A model generated the notes under the pieces. It had not been told where the DNA came from and did not search any database. It saw nothing but the letters and a program-made list of their open reading frames with translations. DNA of 13,081 nt from Candidatus Aenigmatarchaeota archaeon (GTDB lineage: Archaea; Aenigmatarchaeota; Aenigmatarchaeia; QMZP01). Numbering within the stretch: position 1 is the stretch's first letter; each line of letters opens with the position of its first letter. A program made the translations under genes and the position numbers. This document shows, piece after piece, positions 1-8,267 of the stretch. The stretch spans positions 1 through 13,081 of the forward strand of contig JBDRSV010000014.1 in the NCBI GenBank assembly GCA_043824495.1. Reading direction: 5' to 3'.

Positions 1-1662
1 GTAAAAACAACTACAGATTCCAATGGTTTGACCAGCTGGATATGGTTAAAGGAATACAACCAAACAGGCAACGGGACTTATGTAACAGGGTGTACAGGAT
101 CTACAGGACGCATAAATTGCACAACTCCTCACAACGTGACAGTATCTCATGCAAGCTATAATGGAAATTCGTCTAACTATACAGTTGATGTAAGTCAAAC
201 AAATCACTTAATGCTCAACATAACTATTGTAGTAATTACTTGTTCCCCTCCAGTATCAAGTGATTGGAATGTATCGACATCTTGTATAATTACTAGTGAT
301 GTTTTGTATGTTGCAGAAGATCAAGATCTAAATGTTCTAGATGGTGGATCCTTAACACTAGTGAATACTACTCTGTGGATGAATTCAACTGCAAATGGAA
401 CATCTGAAATTCATATTTTCTTTGGAGGAGAATTAAAAATAAATGATAGTTCTAATTCCGGAACTATGATTAATTCAACCAACCCAAATAACCATTTCGG
501 GTTTGTTGTAGATAATGGAACCAACTTTTCTATGATAAATTCTCAACTAGAAAACGCAGGCTGGGCTGATGTAGTAGGTCAGAGAGGTTTAGAAATTAAT
601 ACAAGCATAGGAGAGTTCTACGGAAACTTGATAAAAGATAATTATTTTGGTTTAGTCTTAATGAAAGATAATAATGTACTTTCTAATAACACTCTAGACA
701 ACAACATATACAATGTTTACGTTCTTAATGGAACTGGAAACATTTTCTGGGATAACACTCTAAGTAATGGAGTTACAGATGTGCGTATAGGAAGTATAGG
801 AAACACAACATTCTTGAATACAAGTTTTGATAAAGCAGAGATTTTTGATTCCGGTTCAGGAGCTTCTTTAGATGTTCAGTGGTATTTCAAGGTTGTTGTA
901 CAGAATATTTTGGAAAAAGGACTCAAAGACGCCAATGTAAGTTTGACAAATACATCATCAAATATAGTATTTCATGAACTGACAAATCATTTAGGAGAGA
1001 CCACTCTAAGAAACATAACAGAATATGTATCAACATCTTCAGGACAAACGAATACAAATAATCATACTCTTAATACAACAAAATTGACAGAAATGGACAT
1101 AAGACAATTAAACATAACAGGAAATAATGTTGTTAACATTGTACTGGATTTATTCAGAGATTTTCAAATTGTATTGAACATAAACAATACAAATGCTTTA
1201 GTTTACGTGCCTGGTACAGGTGTTTTAAACTCAAATGATTTAGGAACTGGTTTGAATTATACAAATCATACAAGATCTTACGTAGCGTCATATAGCGGAG
1301 ATGTTCTAACAGGACTTGTTGCTTCTTCAGTAGAGAAATTAACAGCAAGTAATACAGCAGGCTATCATAGCATAGGTATACAGAGAAACATGACTCATAC
1401 AAAAATATTATTGCCTTTCACAAGAGGTGACTGGGGAGGAATTGAAAATAGAATGAATTTAATAGAGTCAGGGGACTTCTTTTTAGAAATAACACCTACA
1501 TTTGGCTTTGGTTTGGGACTCAAATATCCTATAAAACTCTTACTAAAATATTCTGATGTAAACATACAGAATGATTTAATATTAAATAAGGGAATCCATA
1601 AGCTAGCCATAGAAAGTAATAAAAGTGGAACAAAAGCTATAACAATAATAAGGCAGGAGTAA
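1..1662 (+). CDS. Large secreted/surface glycoprotein, 5'-truncated; parallel beta-helix (NosD/PbH1-like) segment plus repeated beta-rich modules
   Basis: Frame 1 is open from base 1 (VKTTTDSNGLTSWIW...), so the TTG at 28 is not the true start. About 30 N-X-S/T sequons. Asn-ladder repeats (GNLIKDNYFGLVL..NNVLSNNTLDNNIYNVYVLNGTGNIFWDNTL) are typical of right-handed beta-helices. Stop TAA 1660-1662. Confidence 0.75.
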   Translation, partial: VKTTTDSNGLTSWIWLKEYNQTGNGTYVTGCTGSTGRINCTTPHNVTVSHASYNGNSSNYTVDVSQTNHLMLNITIVVITCSPPVSSDWNVSTSCIITSDVLYVAEDQDLNVLDGGSLTLVNTTLWMNSTANGTSEIHIFFGGELKINDSSNSGTMINSTNPNNHFGFVVDNGTNFSMINSQLENAGWADVVGQRGLEINTSIGEFYGNLIKDNYFGLVLMKDNNVLSNNTLDNNIYNVYVLNGTGNIFWDNTLSNGVTDVRIGSIGNTTFLNTSFDKAEIFDSGSGASLDVQWYFKVVVQNILEKGLKDANVSLTNTSSNIVFHELTNHLGETTLRNITEYVSTSSGQTNTNNHTLNTTKLTEMDIRQLNITGNNVVNIVLDLFRDFQIVLNINNTNALVYVPGTGVLNSNDLGTGLNYTNHTRSYVASYSGDVLTGLVASSVEKLTASNTAGYHSIGIQRNMTHTKILLPFTRGDWGGIENRMNLIESGDFFLEITPTFGFGLGLKYPIKLLLKYSDVNIQNDLILNKGIHKLAIESNKSGTKAITIIRQE

Positions 1663-1663
1663 T

Positions 1664-2086
1664 ATGAAAATATTAGTAGGCGGAACTTTTAATATAGTGC
1701 ACCCAGGTCATGTATTCTTTTTAGAGAAAGCTAAATCCCTAGGAGATTATTTAGTTGTCGTAATAGCCAATGATAAGACTGTTTTGAAATCAAAGAAGTT
1801 TCTTCTTTTCAGTGCAGAAGAACGAAAGAAAATGATAGAGAGTTTGAAGTGTGTTGATAAAGTTGTGATAGGACAAGAAAGTGACTTCTTCAAGATTGTG
1901 GAGAAAGAAAAACCAGATATAGTAGCTCTAGGTCATGATCAAACAATGGAAGAGGAATGGATATTAGAGAGAGCAGAAAAAATGGGAATGAAAATCAAGA
2001 TTATCAGAATTAAAGATAAGGTTGATGGTTACAATACAACAGAGATCATGAAGAAGATATCGAAATTAATGAATGGGGAAAATTAA
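1664..2086 (+). CDS. ribL: FAD synthase (archaeal RibL, cytidylyltransferase family)
   Basis: N-terminal GGTFNIVHPGH (HxGH motif), VIAND, ERKKMIESLKCVDKV and KPDIVALGHDQ motifs; 140 aa; GGAG RBS upstream; starts 1 nt after the previous stop. Confidence 0.85.
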   Translation: MKILVGGTFNIVHPGHVFFLEKAKSLGDYLVVVIANDKTVLKSKKFLLFSAEERKKMIESLKCVDKVVIGQESDFFKIVEKEKPDIVALGHDQTMEEEWILERAEKMGMKIKIIRIKDKVDGYNTTEIMKKISKLMNGEN

Positions 2087-2092
2087 TTCCCC
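2075..2092. terminator. Hairpin between convergent genes, possible bidirectional terminator
   Basis: GGGGAA-AATTAA-TTCCCC: 6-bp stem, 6-nt loop, overlapping the ribL stop and 8 nt from the stop of the convergent small ORF. Confidence 0.45.
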
Positions 2093-2099
2093 GAAAATA

Positions 2100-2171
2100 T
2101 TAAAACATATCACTTTCTTCCTCTTCGAAACCCTCTTCTTCACTTTCGTCTTCCTCTTCGACAAATAACAT
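2100..2171 (-). CDS. 23-aa hyperacidic micropeptide MLFVEEEDESEEEGFEEEESDMF
   Basis: ATG at 2171, TAA at 2102-2100; AGGAGGT Shine-Dalgarno at 2183-2177, 5 nt upstream; BRE/TATA-like GAAAAC-TTTAAA at 2228-2217. Confidence 0.65.
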   Translation of the reverse strand: MLFVEEEDESEEEGFEEEESDMF

Positions 2172-2216
2172 AAAATACCTCCTGGAAGCAACTAGTTATT
2201 AATAAGCACACACACA

Positions 2217-2228
2217 TTTAAAGTTTTC
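2217..2228 (-). promoter_or_regulatory. BRE-TATA promoter candidate for the acidic micropeptide
   Basis: Minus strand reads GAAAACTTTAAA, matching the archaeal BRE+TATA layout; predicted TSS near 2192, just upstream of the RBS. Confidence 0.5.
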
Positions 2229-2246
2229 TATTATGTACTGTTCCTT

Positions 2247-2720
2247 TTAAAAGAATTTCCGTAAAAGGATGGTTTTTCTGCCAGATTCCCCGAACTTTTC
2301 ATCTATATACTCCTTCAATGGAACTAACCCAATATTCTCGCTCAATTTTATCATAGCCCTATTTTCAGGCCATGTTGTAGAATAAATACCTCTTAGTTCT
2401 AGTTTCTTCATATCGTCTATGCACATCTTGGCCAATTTGGTTCCTATACCTTTTTTTCTATAATCTGGGTGAACTCCTATGATAGAAATGTATCCATAAT
2501 TATTTTCATATAATCTCCAAGAAACAAATCCAATAATATTTTCCTTTAATAAAACACCAAATGATATTTCTTTACCCTTCTTTATTCCTCGAATCTCTTT
2601 ACTTATTTCACTTTCGGATAAAGGTGGTACATAGTCGTTCTCTAATAAAAATAGGAATTTTTCAATATTATTCGAATCCTTTTTTGTCAATTTCTTGAAT
2701 ACAAAGTTCATATCACACAC
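2247..2720 (-). CDS. GNAT-family N-acetyltransferase (RimI-like)
   Basis: Acetyl-CoA motif A VHPDYRKKGIGTKL and motif B TWPENRAMIKLSENIGL. True start may be the ATG at 2711 rather than the GTG at 2720. Confidence 0.85.
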   Translation of the reverse strand: MCDMNFVFKKLTKKDSNNIEKFLFLLENDYVPPLSESEISKEIRGIKKGKEISFGVLLKENIIGFVSWRLYENNYGYISIIGVHPDYRKKGIGTKLAKMCIDDMKKLELRGIYSTTWPENRAMIKLSENIGLVPLKEYIDEKFGESGRKTILLRKFF

Positions 2721-3561
2721 TTATACATTCACAGAATTGGTTATTTGCAACAGAACACAGGCTGTTATCTGCTGTTATTCCTAGTATAACATTTGTCCCC
2801 TGATAGTTAACTCTATACGTTTGGAGTACAGCACCTCCACTATTTGTTTCCATTAGAGTCGATGCTTGTGGATCATCAAATTCCTCAGCTAACATGTTTA
2901 AACCAAACTCACTTGATAACTGTGCCATACTAGGACATCCTGCTGGTAAGTCACCTCCGCTTATGGTTTCTATTTCATCAGCTAGAGTGCTTAACTCCTC
3001 TGCTGTTATCCCTAAATCAGCTAAAGGATCTGGGAATCCCTGGAAAGTAACTGCAGCAAAAAGTAAGAAACCAACAAGTATAACAACACCAATTATGCTT
3101 ACTGGGGTTAGTTTTTGTTTTCCTTGGATACTTGCAGCTTTTTTCAGTGTTGCTTGTAAGCTAGCAATCTTATTCTTGATACCCTGGATGTTATACACAT
3201 GAATACTTATCATGTATACACAAGCTAGTAAAATGAAAGCCGCTATAAGACCGCCCATGAAAACATTGATCTGGAATGTTTTGTATATACCTTCATTCAA
3301 GAAGGGTAAGAATTCTGACAAAGAAATGCCTGCTATTAATGCAGCGAAACCGAGTCCAATCCTAAATATGAAATGAAAAAATATATTTGTGTAGCCTCTG
3401 TATCCTTTCACTGCTATAGAACCAAGGAATAATATGAGAAATATATAACCGACTACGAAAGCCACAAAAAACATTGTAGGAAGTTCTCGCAGAAGATCTG
3501 GCATGAAGCTCAATATGCCTGTTAAATCAGTAAGCGCCATACTATGTATTTGTGTGAGCAC
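2713..3561 (-). CDS. Polytopic membrane protein with C-terminal Cys-containing extracytoplasmic domain
   Basis: About 4 hydrophobic helices in the N-terminal two-thirds, then an acidic domain ending CSVANNQFCECISV. Likely start is ATG 3540 (or 3504). Confidence 0.7.
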   Translation of the reverse strand: MLTQIHSMALTDLTGILSFMPDLLRELPTMFFVAFVVGYIFLILFLGSIAVKGYRGYTNIFFHFIFRIGLGFAALIAGISLSEFLPFLNEGIYKTFQINVFMGGLIAAFILLACVYMISIHVYNIQGIKNKIASLQATLKKAASIQGKQKLTPVSIIGVVILVGFLLFAAVTFQGFPDPLADLGITAEELSTLADEIETISGGDLPAGCPSMAQLSSEFGLNMLAEEFDDPQASTLMETNSGGAVLQTYRVNYQGTNVILGITADNSLCSVANNQFCECISV

Positions 3562-3562
3562 G

Positions 3563-3577
3563 TTAAAAAGTATTAAG
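3563..3577. promoter_or_regulatory. Shared divergent TATA region (thrC / membrane protein)
   Basis: TTAAAAAGTATTAAG: AAAAAG-TATTAA lies ~24 nt before the thrC ATG (3600); on the minus strand TTTTTAA lies ~23 nt before ATG 3540. Confidence 0.4.
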
Positions 3578-3599
3578 CAATCAAACCTAACAAAATGTT

Positions 3600-4784
3600 A
3601 TGTATGAAAAATTTCTTTTGTGTTCTAAATGTGATACTAAATACAAACTAAAAGAGCTAGTTTTTAGATGCAGAGAATGTGGTGGATCTCTGGAAGTTAT
3701 TTATGATTACACAAAACTGAAGAAAATAATTAGTTTGAAAATTCTCCAAAAACGACCTTTCAATCATGCAAGGTACAAAGAGTTCTTTCCTGTGAAAAAT
3801 CTGGTCAGTATACAAGAGGGAGGAACTCCGCTAATAAGATCACATAATATAGAGAAAGAATTTGGATTGAAATTCGAATTATATTTCAAGAATGAAGCTG
3901 TTAATCCAACAGGATCTTTCAAAGATAGAGGTTCAACAGTGGAACTTGCAAAGGCTATAGAATTTGGTAAGAAACACGTGGCTTGTGCATCTACTGGAAA
4001 CATGGGAGCTTCTGTAGCTGCTTATTCGGGAATAGCTAGAAAAAAATGTAGAGTGATAGTCCCAAAAGATGCAGCACATGTGAAAATAGAACAAATTCTA
4101 GGATACGGTGCAGACGTGTATCAAATTAATGGGGATTATAATGATGCAGCAGATCTGGTTGAATATGCATTCAGAAAGCACGGAGCTTACTTACTAGGTG
4201 ATTATTTGTATAGAAGAGAAGGAACAAAATCAGTTGGCTTCGAGCTGGCAGAACAAATAAATGCAGATTATGTGGTTTGTCCTGTAGGCAATGGTACTCT
4301 CATATCAGCTGTATGGAAAGCCTATAAGGAATTCAAAGAGCTCGGATTCATAGAATCAACACCAAAAATAGTGGCTATACAAGCTGAAAAATGTAATCCT
4401 GTGACAAAGGCTTTCAGATCAGGGGAAGCAATAATTCCTGTTTCTGGGAAAACAATAGCAGTGGCAATGGAGTGTGGAAATCCTCTTGATGGGGATAGAG
4501 CTCTAAAAGCAGTACACGAGTCTACTGGTTATGCTGATCATGTGTCTGATAAAGAGATCCTAAATTCTAGGAATACATTAGCAAAGACAGAAGGATTATT
4601 CGCAGAGCCTGCTGGTGCTGCTTCTCTAGCAGGAATATTAGCAGGCAAAACCAAGATCAAGAGAGGCAGTAAAGTCGTTTGCCTAGTCACTGGTCATGGA
4701 TTGAAAACTCCAAAAACAGGTACAAGAGGTGTGCTCAAACCTATAGGCATGACAAGAAAAAGTGTAGATGCTCTATTTTCTTAA
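3600..4784 (+). CDS. thrC: Threonine synthase (PLP-dependent, fold type II)
   Basis: N-terminal CxxC...CxxC, EGGTPL, NPTGSFKDR (PLP lysine), ASTGN, PVGNGT, EPAGAASLAG and VTGHGLK motifs. Confidence 0.9.
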   Translation: MYEKFLLCSKCDTKYKLKELVFRCRECGGSLEVIYDYTKLKKIISLKILQKRPFNHARYKEFFPVKNLVSIQEGGTPLIRSHNIEKEFGLKFELYFKNEAVNPTGSFKDRGSTVELAKAIEFGKKHVACASTGNMGASVAAYSGIARKKCRVIVPKDAAHVKIEQILGYGADVYQINGDYNDAADLVEYAFRKHGAYLLGDYLYRREGTKSVGFELAEQINADYVVCPVGNGTLISAVWKAYKEFKELGFIESTPKIVAIQAEKCNPVTKAFRSGEAIIPVSGKTIAVAMECGNPLDGDRALKAVHESTGYADHVSDKEILNSRNTLAKTEGLFAEPAGAASLAGILAGKTKIKRGSKVVCLVTGHGLKTPKTGTRGVLKPIGMTRKSVDALFS

Positions 4785-4800
4785 ATTCTCTCTTTAGGAG

Positions 4801-4824
4801 AGCTTTATAAGCTTTATATATATA
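4801..4824 (+). promoter_or_regulatory. rps15 promoter region with tandem AGCTTTATA repeat
   Basis: AGCTTTATA-AGCTTTATA-TATATA upstream of an AGGTGA RBS (4851-4856) and ATG 4860. Confidence 0.45.
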
Positions 4825-4859
4825 GATTAAACCAATTAACTGAGTATAAAAGGTGAACT

Positions 4860-5315
4860 ATGTCAAGAATGTATTCAAGAAAAAAGGGAAAATCTGGCTC
4901 AACAAAACCATTGAAAAAAGAAGCCCCTTGGGTGAAATATAAACCTAAGGAAATTGAAGATATTGTGGCTAAACTCGCAAAAAAAGGCTACACATCATCC
5001 AAAATAGGCCTAGTCATGAGAGACGAGTATGGTATTCCTAGTGTGAGTACGGTTTCTAAGGGAACCAAAGTAGCAAAAATTATGAAAGACCACAAAATAT
5101 ACCCAAAAATGCCTGAGGATATGTTAAGTCTGCTAAAGAAAGCAGTGAATCTTAATGGTCATATGGAAAAGAACAAGAAGGATTACACGTCCAAAAGAGG
5201 ATTGGAAATTACAGAATCGAAGATAAGGAGACTTGCTAAATATTATAAGTCTAAGGGTGAAATGGAAAAGACTTGGAAATACGACCCTATGGCAGCAAAA
5301 CTTCTAGTAAAATAG
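4860..5315 (+). CDS. rps15: 30S ribosomal protein S15 (uS15, archaeal S13e type)
   Basis: MSRMYSRKKGKSGS N-terminus, IGLVMRDEYGIP, PEDMLSLLKKAV, KRGLEITESKIRRLAKYYK; AGGTGA RBS. Confidence 0.97.
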   Translation: MSRMYSRKKGKSGSTKPLKKEAPWVKYKPKEIEDIVAKLAKKGYTSSKIGLVMRDEYGIPSVSTVSKGTKVAKIMKDHKIYPKMPEDMLSLLKKAVNLNGHMEKNKKDYTSKRGLEITESKIRRLAKYYKSKGEMEKTWKYDPMAAKLLVK

Positions 5316-5340
5316 TTTATTTTTATACAGGTGTTTTTTT

Positions 5341-7521
5341 ATGGCAAAAGATCTCGCTGAAACAGTAAAGAATTTGATGACACAACCTAAACAAATAAGA
5401 AATATGGGTATAGTTGCGCATATAGATCATGGTAAGACTACATTATCAGATAATCTTTTAGCTGGTGCAGGTATGATTTCTGATGAACATGCAGGACAAC
5501 AACTAGCTATGGATTTTGTAGCTCAAGAACAAGAAAGAGGAATCACAATTTACGCTGCTAATGTTTCTATGGTTCATGATTACAACAATCAAGAATATCT
5601 TATTAACATGATTGATACTCCAGGTCACGTAGATTTTGGTGGAGATGTTACCAGAGCAATGAGAGCTGTGGATGGAGTTATAATTGTGGCTGATGCTGTT
5701 GAGGGTGTGATGCCACAGACAGAAACAGTTATCAGACAGGCTCTAAAAGAAAGAGTTCAACCAGTTCTATTCATCAACAAAACAGATAGATTACTCAAAG
5801 AATTAGAACTTACACCAGAACAAATGCAAGAAAAATTCAAGAGTATAATCACAGAAGTTAACATGCTTATCAACAAGTACGGAGAAAAACAATACAAAGA
5901 TAAATGGCTAGTTAATGTGGATGATGGGTCTGTTGCTTTTGGTTCAGCAACCAAAAAGTGGGCAGTATCTGTTCCTTTAATGAAACAATCTGGAATGACA
6001 TTCAAAGAGGTCATTGAAATGACAGCGAAGGGAGAAGAAAAGGAGCTAGCAAAGAAAGCTCCTCTAACTGAAGTGATCCTTAACATGGTTATTGAACATC
6101 TTCCAAATCCTTTGGAAGCTCAAGCTTACAGGATTCCTCATCTATGGGCTGGAGACCTTGATTCTGAAGCAGGAAAAAGTATGCTTAATTGTGATCCTAA
6201 TGGACCTTTGGCTGCTATAGTTACAAAAATTTATCCCGATCCACATGCAGGCTATGTCTCGACTGTGAGAATTTTCTCAGGAAAGATAGAAAAAGGCCAA
6301 GTAGTTTATTTGGTAGGAAAAGAAAAAATGGAAAAAACCCAACAAGTTTCTATTTACAAAGGCGCACAAAGACTTGCGATGGATGAAGTTTATGCGGGTA
6401 ATATTGTAGGAATTGTTGGTTTGAAAGATGCTTTCTCAGGAGAAACACTTACAACAGTAGATAATCCAATAGAAGGATTCGAATCTATTACTCATATGTT
6501 CGAACCAGTTGTTACAAGAGCAATTGAGCCAAAACAGCCTCAACAATTATCTAAACTTATAGAGTTCTTGAAAAGAACAAGTAGAGAAGATCCTACTCTT
6601 AGAGTTAAAATTAATGAAGAAACAGGAGAATATCTTGTTTCAGGTCTAGGAGAATTACATATTAATGCTAAAATAGAAATTCCAATAAAAGAAGCAGAAA
6701 TTGATGTTGATATTTCTCCACCAATTGTTATCTACAGAGAGTCCATCAAAGATAAAACTCCAGCAGCAGTAGAAGCTAAATCACCAAATAAACACAATAG
6801 ATTCTTCATACTCGCGGAAGCCTTACCAAAAGACGTTTATAATGCAATGGTTAGAGGGGAAGTTCCAGATCAAGAAGTTAAGAAAAAGAATTTAGAGTTA
6901 CAAAATCAACTTGTTGAACTTGGAATGGAGAGAGAAGAGGTAAAAAAGATAAAAGAAATCTACAATAAGAATGTTTTACTTGATACAACACGGGGTGTTG
7001 GTGCTATATTAGAAATCATGGAAATGATTAAGCAGGCTTTCAGAGAAGCAATGAATGAAGGTCCACTAGCTAGGGAACCATGTTCTGGTATGAAAATCAT
7101 GCTTGTTGATGCAAAACTTCACGAAGATGCAATTCATAGAGGACCAGCTCAAGTTATTCCAGCTACAAGAAATGGTATCAGAGATGCTATACTTGGAGCA
7201 AAACCATACATGCTTGAACCAAAGCAGGTAATTAGAATTGATGTTCCTACAGCACAAATCAGCGGGGCAACAAAAGAAGTCCAAAACAGAAGAGGACAAA
7301 TTCTTGAAATGGGAGAGGAAAGAGGAGCAAGCATAATCAAAACAAAGGTTCCTGTAGCTGAGATGTTTGGATTCAATTCAGCTCTTAAATCCTCAACAGG
7401 TGGTCAAGGATTCTTCTGGTTAATTGATATTGTTTATGAACCAATACCAAAAGATCTTGAACCAAAAGTCATAAAACAAATCAAAGAGAGAAAGGGAATT
7501 TCTGACACAGTAGAAGAATGA
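5341..7521 (+). CDS. fusA: Translation elongation factor EF-2
   Basis: AHIDHGKTT, ERGITI, DTPGHVDF and NKTD GTPase motifs; diphthamide loop HEDAIHRGPAQVIP; 726 aa; CAGGTG RBS. Confidence 0.98.
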   Translation: MAKDLAETVKNLMTQPKQIRNMGIVAHIDHGKTTLSDNLLAGAGMISDEHAGQQLAMDFVAQEQERGITIYAANVSMVHDYNNQEYLINMIDTPGHVDFGGDVTRAMRAVDGVIIVADAVEGVMPQTETVIRQALKERVQPVLFINKTDRLLKELELTPEQMQEKFKSIITEVNMLINKYGEKQYKDKWLVNVDDGSVAFGSATKKWAVSVPLMKQSGMTFKEVIEMTAKGEEKELAKKAPLTEVILNMVIEHLPNPLEAQAYRIPHLWAGDLDSEAGKSMLNCDPNGPLAAIVTKIYPDPHAGYVSTVRIFSGKIEKGQVVYLVGKEKMEKTQQVSIYKGAQRLAMDEVYAGNIVGIVGLKDAFSGETLTTVDNPIEGFESITHMFEPVVTRAIEPKQPQQLSKLIEFLKRTSREDPTLRVKINEETGEYLVSGLGELHINAKIEIPIKEAEIDVDISPPIVIYRESIKDKTPAAVEAKSPNKHNRFFILAEALPKDVYNAMVRGEVPDQEVKKKNLELQNQLVELGMEREEVKKIKEIYNKNVLLDTTRGVGAILEIMEMIKQAFREAMNEGPLAREPCSGMKIMLVDAKLHEDAIHRGPAQVIPATRNGIRDAILGAKPYMLEPKQVIRIDVPTAQISGATKEVQNRRGQILEMGEERGASIIKTKVPVAEMFGFNSALKSSTGGQGFFWLIDIVYEPIPKDLEPKVIKQIKERKGISDTVEE

Positions 7522-7638
7522 ATTTAAAATTTCTTAACTAATTCTTGGTTCTAGAAAAGAATAATATAAAATCGAGTATAGGTAAGTATTATTCTAAACA
7601 TGATGTCTAAATAAATCTCTAAAACTAAATAATCAATT

Positions 7639-8199
7639 ATGAATCTGAAAAAGATGGAAAAACATAATCCGCAAATGTGGAAAACTCTAATTTTCTTTTC
7701 TAGATTAGTTGTGTTATCTATACCAGTTTATCTTGTGATAACATTGGGTGTAGATTTAATTGTTCTCCAAAACACAGTTGCAGATAATTCTTATCTCATG
7801 TTTAAATATACTGGTTTTGCTGTTGCAAAAGAAGGTCCAGCTCTTACAGTTGGATTGGATGATGAAACTAGACAACCTTTCTATTTCATAATATCAGAAG
7901 ATTCTACTGGATGGAAATCTTTGTTATTTTTCGGAGCTCTACTCCTAGCAGTCCCAGAAATACACAATAGAAAAAGAATGTGGGGATTGATAATAGGATT
8001 ACCTGTAATATGGATAGGGAATTTGGTTCGCATATATGTAATAGTTATGGTGGAAAGGTCATATGGTTTCCAAGCAGCTGCGATAACACATGACTACTTA
8101 TGGCAAGTTGGTTTGATGATTTTAGTTTTAGCAACGTGGCTTTTGTGGTATGCAAAAGTTACAGAAAAATTCCAGAAGAAATCTGAGTTGAGAATTTAA
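7639..8199 (+). CDS. Archaeosortase/exosortase-family membrane protein, with Ser at the usual catalytic Cys position
   Basis: Short sortase topology with IISEDSTGW (Cys motif position), GNLVRI (N128/R131) and ITHD (H151) between TM helices. Confidence 0.75.
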   Translation: MNLKKMEKHNPQMWKTLIFFSRLVVLSIPVYLVITLGVDLIVLQNTVADNSYLMFKYTGFAVAKEGPALTVGLDDETRQPFYFIISEDSTGWKSLLFFGALLLAVPEIHNRKRMWGLIIGLPVIWIGNLVRIYVIVMVERSYGFQAAAITHDYLWQVGLMILVLATWLLWYAKVTEKFQKKSELRI

Positions 8200-8267
8200 A
8201 ACATTTTTCATTTTTCGCCTTTGAGAGTCACCTATATATCCGAGAAAACAAATAATCAAAGAGTATT

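Noticed and set aside
7522-7638. Possible C/D-box sRNA or structured element in the 117-nt gap after fusA (ATGATGT resembles a C box)
   Set aside because: No D box (CTGA) and no convincing stem; best explained as terminator plus promoter sequence.
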